Origin: Octopus vulgaris
Taxonomy: Eukaryota
Direction: 5' to 3'
NCBI GenBank assembly: GCA_951406725.2
Contig: OX597829.1
Coordinates: forward strand, 30,442,001-30,506,000
Length of the DNA stretch: 64,000 bases
In this document: positions 11,942 to 23,232 of the stretch, piece by piece
Numbering within the stretch: position 1 is the first letter of the stretch
Layout: the number at the start of each line of letters is the position of its first letter
Position numbers and translations under genes: made by a program
Notes under the pieces: model-generated
What the model was told of the DNA's origin: nothing
The model's database searches: none
What the model saw: the letters and a program-made list of their open reading frames with translations, nothing else

Positions 11942-13716
11942 AAATTCCATCCAACTGGGCTCTGAGTACCACTTGACAATCTGTGTGGTACCAAGAAGCT
12001 GGAACTATTGTGCTTGAGCAACTCCACACCACCATTCAGAAGAAAAGAATAATGGTTTCCTATTAGCTTCAGATGATTTACCTTCTTATTACCTCGTATG
12101 TTACCTTTTATAGCAAATAATTCTTATATCATTGTAATTTATTTCTTATGTGTATCTTTATTCATTTTTCTTTCTATTTTAGATTGATACTCTACTTCTA
12201 AAAACAAACGACAGGCCAGAAATGCTGTTTATTAATTCACCTGTACTTAAAAGATTCCAAGAAATAATAGAACATTTATACATGGATTTTATACGTAAAG
12301 AATACATGATTTTCTGCAATAGCCATAGAAAAATTGACTCAAACTAGAAGTTTATTGGACAATTAATTCCATAGGTTCGATAGCTTTGGACTCTTCTATG
12401 TTTGCTAAGGGAACTGTAATCAAAAGCTGAAACCGTTCGGCGAAATTAGCTCGCTTGTTTATCTCTTGCTTCAAGAAAATTACTTTATATCGCAGTCTCT
12501 AATGGTTTTTCTTCACACATGGAAACTTAGCAGAGACCACTTTTCTAACCAGATTTTTTTGGTAAATTTCTGTATTAACACCTGCACGATTTTAACTAAG
12601 GAAAAAAAAAACTCGGACTTTTTGCTTGGACTAGAGTACCCTGACCCCCTAATATGCTGCAAATCTCCTTATTTTGGTTCGGAACGAGTAGACTCAAGAT
12701 CAAAAGGTCAGGGGGCATCACTAACACCTCGCTAAAGCGAGCCGCCAATGATAACGGGAACTTCACTGTTAGCGGCTCAGCCTACTCAAATGCTGGAAGA
12801 AATGATTCACTGACAGCTCCCAGTACTTACGAAGTTTGTTTGTTCGGCTACGGAAGCAGTGACCCTCCAAGTACTTGTGAAACCTAAAGTTTCATTTGTC
12901 AAATTCCCTTGGGTATCAACAAAAGTTTGTTTTGTTTTCGTAATATCAAATTGTAAGCCCGTTGTTGGTTACGTTAAATGTCTCGATTTTTTTTTTTGTT
13001 ATGCTGCAACACAGAATGGTGCGAGCCTCCCTAACCCACCGATGGTATGTTCGGTTTATCGTCGTTTCTGAAAATTGTTAATTTAAGAAAAAGTACCAGC
13101 ACTACCTTCCTGCAAAAATGAAGGAAAATAATTCCCTTCTTGAAATAATTTGCTTCACTTTTTTTCCTGTATAATGTTGGACAAGTTCAAAAATTTCGAG
13201 CACTCTTCATTTTATGGTAAAGTATGGCAATGTCTTTTTTCAATCCTTACTATCTACTGAACTTGGCTCATTGCTCTGCGAAACAGTGCTTTAGAGTAAT
13301 AATAATCGATGTTCAAATATAGTTTCAGTCTGTATCTGGTTAATGTTGGATTGTAAGCTGCTTTCTTTTGGTAAAAATGAAAGACTTACCTTTTGTTCCT
13401 GCGTGTCTGGTTGGACACTGAAATAACTAACAATTCATCATAGGTGAATATATGTGCTGACCATCTTAACGCACTTTAAAATTTTTCTGGAGATAATTCG
13501 ACCCTAAAGTGGGGAATTGCACCAACTTCATTTTCCTGTCGTTGTTGTAAAATTGAATGAGGTCAAATGTTATAAGCTATATTCTTCAGGCTTCTAAAGT
13601 TAGTCTTATGTATTGACCAATGCGAAGTAGCACAGGAACGTGCGCCAAAAACCCACCTTTCCTGTGGCATTCTACTTCTGTTGTATTTTCGTGAGATATT
13701 CAATTTTTTTATTTGT

Positions 13717-13998
13717 TACTAGCAGTATCGCCCGGCGTTGCTCGGGTTTGTAAGGGAAATAACTATATAAGCATTTTTAGAGAGTTACTTCCCTTATATA
13801 ATAGCAAAAAATGCATTAAAAATGGGAAAAAATGATGGTCAAATTTTTTTTTTTAAATCGTAGACTCACGTTAATACCCAGAAGGGCTCGATAAGAATCA
13901 CGACTATAAGATACCCGCTTTTGGTTAAACTGCACCGCAAAATGTGGGAGTAGTTAGGAATCTAAATCGTAGGAGACACACTCACAACTTCACTTTTA
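13717..13998 (+). mobile_element. Non-autonomous Helitron/Helentron-like insertion
   Basis: Begins 'tactagcagtatcgcccggcgttgctcgggtttg' (ACTAG plus a GC hairpin cccgg/cggg), an arrangement typical of Helentron/DINE-like ends. It ends in 'cacaacttcactttta'. Confidence 0.5.
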
Positions 13999-14053
13999 CT
14001 TTGTTCGAAAAATATTTAATTTGTGTAAAAAAAAATTAAATACATCGCGCAAG

Positions 14054-14243
14054 CTAGTCGTAAGTAGTCGATCCTGCGACTTTTTAACCCTAACCTTAGT
14101 TTGTTTATAAAAATAATTTATTTACTTAGTTTAAAAAATCATTTCCTTTGTTCGAAAAAATATTATTTAATTTTCTTTGATATGTATTCAGCCTTGAAAT
14201 ACAAACATACGCGCAAGTCGTAGGATCGACTACTTACGACTAG
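14054..14243. mobile_element. Small inverted-repeat element (MITE-like) with internal taaccctaacc
   Basis: 'ctagtcgtaagtagtcgatcctgcgactt' (14054-14082) is the reverse complement, with 1 mismatch, of 'aagtcgtaggatcgactacttacgactag' (14215-14243). Confidence 0.7.
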
Positions 14244-16403
14244 ATATCGCGGATGCGCGCACCGGGACCACTGTTCGCTAGTAGTACCCGGGTCGATCCC
14301 ATTGTGCCGCAACTTTTGAGCAACTGTTATGTTGTCAAGAGTGGAACAAAAATTTTAAGAAAATAACAAAAAAGTGGAAATTTTACCGATGAGTTATAAG
14401 GCACGAAAAGAAAATGACTCTGTCCAGACACAACTGTATTCTTTCATTTTGAAAAATGATTGTTCGGGGGTATGCTTAAAAATATACTAGATATTAAAAT
14501 TTTTTTTGTTAATTCACACACAGGGGTTGACTTAGCAGTTTGTCGCCGCTACACTGCCTTTTCCTTGGTGTCAGATTTAATTTTAAGAAGCAATTTGAAA
14601 GAATTAATCACTATCAATCGATTACTGTCTTCTATTTTTCATTTCATGTTAGGTGTATCGTAAGAATACGTTACCGTCCCCAACATTGCGGCTTTTTGGT
14701 ACCAGTGAATGTCTAGTATTGGTGTTGTCATGTTGGATGTACTGGCAGATGCTATAATCTCTTTTGGCAGTTTTTTTTTTTTTTTTTCTGAGTGGTGAGA
14801 CGAATCTGAAATTAAAATTCCAACCTTTTTTTAAAACCCATTCACATTTAGCACGATTGCTATACGTAAATGGGTTGATGTTATCAGAGACTTTGCTACA
14901 AACGCAACGGCCATTTTGAATGTTACATCCTTTGAATTGGATTTTGAAGCTTTGAATAATAGTGATGGCTGAAAATAAAAATAAGCTAAAGTATTAAATG
15001 GTTCATTGTTGTGAGTTTTACTATAATGTTAATTAAAAATATTCAATAGTTTAACATTTTAATTGAAAATATTTTAAAATTATTTCACTGGTTCTACTTA
15101 GCTCAAGCTTGAACGAGTGAACTCGAGATCAAAAACATTCCAGCCATAACCATACCATGTTTTCTTTGATGGTGGCAAGTGTAGCAATGTATTATTAATG
15201 TTTTTGCCCTTATTTCTAATTTTTCTTTCTCAGGTGGTAAAATGTGATCTGAGAGGATTAACTGAATGACAGGTTTAAGCATTTTTAGGTGGTAAAATGT
15301 TACCAGAGAGGTTTAAGTACTTCAGTTGTTTAAATCTTTTTGAGATAACAGAATGTCACTGGAAAGAGTTAACTGTTTGATAGGTTTCAATTTTTTTGTG
15401 GTGGTAAAATCTCCCTGGAGAGGTTTAAGTTCGTCACAGGTTTAAATTTCTGATGGTAAAAATGTGAAGCAGTTAGACCCTTCCAATCCCATTCTACCAC
15501 CTACATTTGATGTACTGGCAGATGCTAGCTAGAACTAGGTGACGGGCTAAGCAGGAAAAGTTGCTGGTCTGAGTTAATGGCTAAATCACTTCTGCTAGAC
15601 CACATAATTTATCCATTAGATTTCCTGATCCGAGGGGGCAAATTGAGTTTTGTTGCTAGGAGAATAGCTTTTGAAATTGTATATTCTGAGATAACTATGA
15701 ACATTGAGCATCTCTTTTGTTACACACTTTTTCCTTCTTGGTGTGTATCCAGTGAAAGACTTGTTGAAAAGGATCAAGTTGTTTTCTCTCCTATATATTT
15801 CATATATTACTAGTTTTGTCTTGCACATGTTTGGATACTGAAAATAGCTAAGAAACCCTCACTAGTTAATATTTTAATTTTTTGTTGGAAGTAATTCCAC
15901 ACTAAAGTGGTAAATTTCACCAGTATATGGCTGTTATTGTTGGGAAAATAAATGATATCGTGTCTTTTAAGCTGTATTCCTGAGGTTTCTAAAGTTTGTC
16001 TTAAATATATTCCATCGCAAAATAGCAGAGGTTCTCCACTAGACGTCTTTGTAGATAATGTAGGTGAAGGGATATGCTAAAAAATTTACCAGTGTACACA
16101 TGAGTCGGTGGATTAAATCACTTGTATCAGGTACATTGAATTCTAAGTTGGCCAATATTTTTTGTCTTGTGTCTGTTCAGACACCGGAAATAATTGAGAA
16201 TTTCTCCAGGTGTGATAAAAATAAAAAACTGTTTTTATGGACAGTTGAACAATGTAATGAATTTCCTCAACAACATTGCTATCCTCATTGTGGGACAAGC
16301 GTTGTCAAATATTATATGCTATATTCGTGAGGCTACTAAAGTTGGTCTTATTTATTTTGCTATCACAATATAGCAGAGGTATATTTGTATTCTACTTAGC
16401 TTA

Positions 16404-17469
16404 CCCTTTCGTTACTATATTTCTGACCAAAATACACCCCTTATGTGTTTCAATTAATTTCTAACATAATCATAAATTTAGTCTGGTTTCATTAAACAAC
16501 TATAACTTTTTTATTTATCAATATATTAATGTGAATTTTGGAAGATAATTTAATGAAATGTTCTCAACCAATTCTATACTATAATTTTTGTCACAAAGTA
16601 ACTCTTATTGCAGGTAGATACAGGTAAATTCAACAAAATATAAAATTATAAAAATTTTGTTCAAACATCGCTATAGAAAATGGGTTATTAGCTAATATTC
16701 AATAGGGTATTACAAGAAAATTTTACGATAGAATTTGTTATTCTGGGTAACTTTCTGATACCCATAATAATATTTATGGCAAAATAGTCTTAATTTCATT
16801 TAAGGTTGTGGGAAACCACTAACTATCCTTTCTTTCGCTTTGTTTACGCTTAGCGTAACGGTTCGTTTCCACTGTAATGATTTCAAATAGGCTCATTCGA
16901 AAAACTAAAAAGAAATAGTCTAAGGCTTTAACTCTTCTGGGAAAGTCTGTGGCTTGGTCCAGTTTCTTCAGAAAAATCACCGAAAGAAACAGTTTTTAAA
17001 TTTTCACTCCATTCAGGTGCACATTCATTTTCTTTATCGCTGTTGGAGCTCTCGGATTCACTGTTTTCACTTTCAGAAAATGAAACATCAGATTCATTAT
17101 CAAATACCACGTGCTTTTTTTTTTTCAGTCATAGTTAGATTTATGAAGGTCTTCAGTAGAAAATCCTTCGAATTCTGACTCGCTGCTTGATATAATGAAA
17201 TTCGTATCCATTTTTTGTCAGAATTACAAATTTTGAAAACACAATAGGAACAAATTTCAGAAAAAAATCTCCCAAAATTCACGGAATTAAAATTACACTT
17301 TGATTTTTGTACAAAACTGTAGTTGAACTCTTTACGAAGTATAATACGTATTTTCACGAATGTACTAGAGAATTTGCTCTGATATTCTCATTTAAATATG
17401 AATAGGTAAATTTGGGCGGTTTGGTGACATTAACCAAAATCTTTTTCGGGCGGTTTGGTAACGAAAGGG
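16404..17469 (-). mobile_element. piggyBac deletion derivative
   Basis: TIR 'ccctttcgttac' / 'gtaacgaaaggg' with TTAA on the right and ctta on the left. The minus strand has an acidic N-terminus (ORF 16928-17110) followed by 'LFEIITVETNRYA', a piggyBac/PGBD motif. Confidence 0.85.
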
Positions 17470-19616
17470 TTAAATATCATACATTCAAGTCATTTTTTCC
17501 CCTTTTGCAGAAGGCAAATGTAAATTTTCTCCATTTAATGATCGCTTTATAGGTAGAATCATATTATGATTTACTTGGGTATCCTGAAATTACTTGTTAT
17601 AATTTCCTTGCCTGTGCGTGTACACATGCACATTGAATTGAATTTGAAATTGTATTTTCTGACATGGCTCTTTTACTCATTTCAGCCATCTGGCTGCAGT
17701 CAACATTGAGTATATTTTTTATCATACACTTTTCCCTTCTCAGTGTGTATCTAGTGAAAGACGTGTTGAAATGGATAAAGTTCCTTTCTCTACTATAATT
17801 TTCAAATATGGCTAGTCTTGTCTCCCACATATCTGTTTGGACAATAAAAATAGCTGAGATTCCTTCAGTTAATATTTAAATGTTTGGACATAAATCTGCA
17901 CCAATATAAATTTCACCAACAGCATATGGCTATCATTGTTGAAGAAATGAAATGAGGTCATGCATTTTATGCTGTATTCATTAGGCTTAAGTTTGTCTGA
18001 AATTTTCTCCATGATGTAGCAGAGGTTTCTCTAAATTCTATTCGAAAGCTTATACTGTTTTAATTGTTCCTTCATGAACAAGAGACGTGTAAATTTTTCA
18101 CCATTTTAATTATTACTTTGCTGCTATTCCTCAGCTATATCAAAATGTTTGTCATGAAGTTAATAAACACACCGTGTTGATCTTTGTGCTGCAGCTTTTG
18201 AGCAACCGTTACGTAATTAAGAATGGAATTTGAAAAAAAGGGAATTGGAGAAATGGTTGGGTTAAATGTTATATGCTGTATTCATGAGGCTTCTAGATTT
18301 TGTCTTAAATATTTGTCCTTTCAAAGTAGTAGAGATTTCTCTATATTGTGCTATAAATTTTTGAGCATATCTTGCATTGTCAATGGGGGTATTTGCTAAA
18401 AATAGCATGGACACCAATGGCATACAGTTGATCTACATTGTTTGTTCAGCTCTCCTATGTTGATGCCATTTTGCTTTTTGCTCTCCAGATAGAATCATAT
18501 TCTCATGATTTACTTGGGTATCCTGAAATTACTTGTTACAATTTTCTTGTGTGTGTACACACACAGATCAAGTACTATGTTTGAAGAAGGTTTTATGCTT
18601 CTTTTTCAATGATGTCATGATTACATTTATATTTCAGCATGTAACATTTAAACTTATCAAAATCTGATCCAAATATTGTGTGTTTTATGTTCAAACTAGC
18701 CAGATCTAGCCTCTCTCGCCTATCCTACTGTCATTCTGAAAATAAACAACCACATCATTGAAATTTCAAATCTAGAAGACTATGTGTGATGGAAATAAAT
18801 ATTGACTGAGTAATCTGAATGCTGTGACCATCCCAGGTTTTCTTCCATGCTGGTGGTTGTAGCACTGTATTAAAGCCTTTGCCCTTATTTTTCACATTTC
18901 TTTTTGAGATTGTTCATGGGAATGCTTAGATATATTTAATATATTTTAGCGAATACATAGAGATCAACTCCACAGTTTGTTGATGTTACACTGCGTTTTC
19001 TTTGGTGTCATTGGATTTAATCTTAAGCACCATTGTGAAAGAATTGTTATCAATTGATTACTGTCTTCTATTTTTCATTTCATGTTAGGTGTATTGTTAG
19101 AATATGTTACCTAATGTTCCCAATAATGCGACTTTTTGGTACCAGTGAATGTCTAGTATTGATGTTGTCATGTTTGATGTACTGACAGATGCTAGCTGGA
19201 GCTAGGTGAAGGGATATATGCAGGAAAAGTTACTGGTCTGAGTTAATCACATGGCTAAATCACTTGTGCCTGACTACATAATTTGTCCCTTAGATTTTCT
19301 AGTTAACATTCTATGCAGGTTAATTGCTTTTCGTTTCTCAGAGCATTATAAAAAACAGAATTGCTTTTGGAGTTGCATTTTTGAGATAGATATGAACACT
19401 GAGTATATTTTTTGTTGTGCACTTTACCTTTTCAGTGCGTATCCAGTGAAAGACGTGTTGAAATGGATCAAGTTCCTTTCTCTGCAATATATTGCTAGTT
19501 TTGTCTTGCACATGTATGTTTGGATACTGAGAATAGCTAAGTAACTTTAAGTGGTCAATATTTTAATTTTTGTTGGAAAATAATTCCAAACTAAATGGTG
19601 AATTTTGCCAATAGTA

Positions 19617-20921
19617 TTGGGTTGGCCAAAAAGTCCGTTTTTTTTTTTTTATTTTTTTTTTTAAAAAAAAAAAAAATTTTTTTTTAGGTGAAAATCAAAA
19701 AGTAAACAATTGTGAAAAATGTATTTAATCAATACAATAGTTACCATTTGCTTCTGTAACCTTTCGCCACCTGTTGGGTAGATCTTTAATCTTCTGTTCA
19801 AAGAATTTAAGTTCTTTATAAGGAAAAAGTTTCCAAGCGAGTTTTCACATCTTCATCAGAATTAAAATTTTTTCCGTTCAATGAATTTTGCAGTGACCGA
19901 AACAGATGGAAATCTGATGGGGCCAGATCTGGAGGGTATGGAGGGTGAGGCAAAACTTCCCACTCAAGCTGCAGAAACTTCTGCCGAGTAATCAAGGCAG
20001 TGTGTGGCCTTGCATTGTCATAGTGGAAAACGTGTTTGCGATTCACCAGTTCTGGCTGTTTTTTATGAAGAGCCGTGTTTAATTTATCCAGTTGTTCACA
20101 ATAAACCTCTGAATTAATGGTTTCATTCAAGGGAAAGTTCAAAAAAGATAACACTCTTCCAGTTACACCATATCGATAACAGAACTTTCTTTGAGTGAAG
20201 ACCTGGTTTGGGTGATCATTTTGGAAAATCCCCTGCCATTTTCCATGATCTTCATTTCACATTATTGTAAACTACCCACTTTTCATCTCCAGTAACAATT
20301 CTTCTCAAAAAGGGTTCGTTGTTTTCCCTTTTCAGTAATGAATTGCAAATGGAAACCCTCTGGACAAGATTTACTTCTGTCAATTTATGGGGAACCCAAA
20401 CATCAAGTTTAGAAACGTAACCAAATTTATGCAATTCATTTTCCATACTGGTTTTGGATGTATTGAGAATATCTGTGATATGTCTGGTTGCAAGACTGCA
20501 GTCTTGTTTCACTACAGCTCTCAGTTAGTCGATGTCAATTTCTTTTTGCCAGCCAGAGTGAGGTGCATCTCTTACTGAAAAATTCCCTGATCGAAATCGA
20601 GCAAACCATTTCTAGCACACCCATTCTGAAACAGCATTCTCTCCATACACATTGCATAACTTTCGGCAAGTTCCTGTTGCTTTCTTTGCTTTTCTGAAGT
20701 AAAAAAGCATAAGATGCCGATAGTGCTCTGCTTGGTCTTCCATGTCTAGGCTCAAATGCAATCAAACAAGTTGCAATCTCTCTCCTTTCAGGCTTGTTAC
20801 ACACTGATGTAATCTTGGTCGTTCTACCGAATAGTTTCTAAAGAAAAAGAATATTGGAACAGTGATTAGAAGACCGGACAGTTGATAGTAAAAAAACGAA
20901 CAGACTTTTTGGCCAACCCAA
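19617..20921 (-). mobile_element. Full-length mariner (DD34D) transposon with a frameshifted transposase
   Basis: TIRs 'ttgggttggccaaaaagtc' / 'gactttttggccaacccaa', TA TSDs, length 1305 bp. Motifs WVPHKL, TGDEKW, DNARPH and YPPDLAPSDFHLF are present. Confidence 0.97.
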
Positions 20922-23232
20922 TATATCGCTATCTTTAAGGAAATTAGTTTGTGTTATTCTGAGGCGTCTAAAGTTTGTCTTAAATATTTGCCATCACAAA
21001 GTAGCAGAGGTTCCCCACCAGACGTTTTTGTCATAGGTTGTGTAGGTAAAGGTTTAAATTTCTGATGGTATAAATGTGAAGCAGTTAAACCATTCCAATC
21101 CCATTCTACCACCTACATTTGATGTACTGGCAGATGCTAGCTAGAACTAGGTGACCGGCTAAGCAGGAAAAGTTACTGGTCTAAGTTAATGTCTAAGTCA
21201 TTTCTGCTAGACCACAATTTATCCATTAGATTTCCTAATTCGAGGAGGCAAATTGTTGTGAGGAGAATTTAAAAATAGAATTGCTTTTGAAATTGTATTT
21301 TCTGAGATAACTATGGACATTGAGCATCTCTTTTGTTACACTCTTTTTCCTTCTTGGTGTGTATCCAGTGAAAGACTTGTTGAAAAGGATCAAGTTGCTT
21401 TCTCTCCTATATATTTCATATATTACTAGTTTTGTCTCATACATATTTGGATACTGAAAATAGCTAAAAAAAAAAAACCCTCACTACTTAATATTTTAAT
21501 TTTTTGTTGGAAGTAATTCCACACTAAAGTGGTAAATTTCACCAGTATATTGCTGTTATTGTTAGGAAAATAAATGATATCGTGTCTTTTATGCTGTATT
21601 CCTGAGGTTTCTAAAGTTTGTCTTAAATATATTCCATCATAAAGTAGCAGAGGTTCCCCACTAGACGTCTTTGTAGATCATGTAGGTGAAGGGATATACT
21701 AAAAAATTTACCAGTGTACACATGAGTCGGTGGGTTAAATCACTTGTATCAGGTTAGTTTTTCCCTTAACTCTTTAAAATATAAACTGGCCATATCCGGC
21801 CAAATGTATTCTACCTGTTTTATGTTCAAACTGCCAGATCTGGTCTCTCAGATTGACAGTATCAATCGATTACTGTCTTCTATTTTTCATTTCATGTTAG
21901 GTGTATTGTTAGAATATGTTACCTAATGTCCCCAATAATGCGACTTTTTGGTACCAGTGAATGTCTAGTATTGATGTTGTCGTGTTTGATGTACTGGCAG
22001 ATGCTAGCTGGAGCTAGGTGAAGGGATATATGCAGGAAAAGTTACTGGTCTGTGTTAATCACATGGCTAGATCACTTGTGCCTGACTACATAATTTGTCC
22101 CTTAGATTTTCTAGTTAACATTCTATGCAGGTTAATTGCTTTTCGTTTCTGGGAGAATTATAAAAAACAGAATTGCTTTTGGAGTTGGATTTTTGAGATA
22201 GATATGAACATTGAGTATATTTTTTGTTGTGCACTTTACCTTTTCAGTGCGTAACCAGTGAAAGACGTGTTGAAATGGATCAAGTTCCTTTCTCTGCTAT
22301 ATATTTCATATATTGCTAGTTTTGTCTCTCGCATGTGTTTTCAGATACTGAAAATAGCTAAGACAATTTCAGTAGTTGGTTTATTTCTGCTGGAAGTAGT
22401 TTTACCTACAATCTATCGCTGTCATTGTTGGAGGAAATGAATGACATGTATTTTATATTGTATTCCTGAGGTGTCCAGAATTTTTCTTAAATATAGCAGA
22501 GGTTCCCCATCAAACATGTTGTTAGTAGATCATGTAGGTGAAGGGATATGCAGAAAAATTTACTGGTGTACATGAGTCACTGAGTGAAGTGGCTTGTACC
22601 AGGTTAGTTTTTCCCTTAAATTCTATGCTTCAAATTCTTAGTGGGCCAATGTTTTTTCATTTCCCCCCAGGTGTGATGAAAAAGTGATTTTTACAGAGAA
22701 TTCAACATTGTAGTGAATTTGCCCAACAACATCACTATTATCATTGTGGGACAGTTGTCAAGTGTTGTATGCTATATTCATGAGGTTCCTGAATTTCCTG
22801 ATATAAAAGCCAATCACAATATACCAGAGGTATATTTGTATTTTACTCTTTAGCTTTGAAAAATCTGTCATGTTATTGTTTCCCTTTTGCAGAAGACAAA
22901 TGTAAATTTTCTCCATTTAATAATCATAGAATCATATTCTTATGATTCACTTGGGTATCCTGAAATTACTTGTTATAACTTTCTTGAGTGTACACACGCA
23001 CGCACGCAGGCAGGCAGGCAGGCGGGCGTGTAAACACCTGTGTGTGTAAAGGCAAGTTTACACTTTATTTCTCTTGACAGTTCCTTTGTGTGGTGAGGGG
23101 AAATTGAAATTAACAGTAATTCTTACCTTTTAGATCCTGTTCACATTGAGCATGATTCTTATATGTATATTGGTTACCACCTGAAAAATTTTAAACAAAT
23201 GACAACTTTCCAGTGACATTCTACTAATTTAA

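Larger units (their letters stand above)
13390..22985 (+). other. Array of shuffled, locally duplicated non-coding modules (candidate spliced lncRNA / structured RNA cluster or decayed duplicated gene)
   Basis: The module 'gctgtattcctgaggtttctaaagtttgtcttaaata...tagcagaggt' is seen ~9 times; other modules 3-6 times. Blocks 15438-16132 and 21050-21754 are near-identical, as are 19048-19541 and 21860-22362. Paralogous GT-AG introns are present. Confidence 0.55.

Noticed and set aside
12795-12820. U3 box A-like 'aatcatttct' on the minus strand; telomerase template-like 'cctaaccc' at 13030
   Set aside because: The other U3 boxes and the telomerase pseudoknot and H/ACA elements were not found in the proper order.
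15508-15573. C/D snoRNA-like TGATGT...CTGA in module A2
   Set aside because: The C box is non-consensus, CTGA is lost in the copies at 21181 and 22050, and I recognised no rRNA antisense element.
15926-15945. YGCYC phospholipase A2-like motif
   Set aside because: It is followed by W and a stop, is not conserved in paralogous copies, and there is no catalytic HD motif.
19446-19470. 'tgaaagac' miR-71 seed match in module B
   Set aside because: Only the seed matches and it lies in a loop; the rest of miR-71 is absent.
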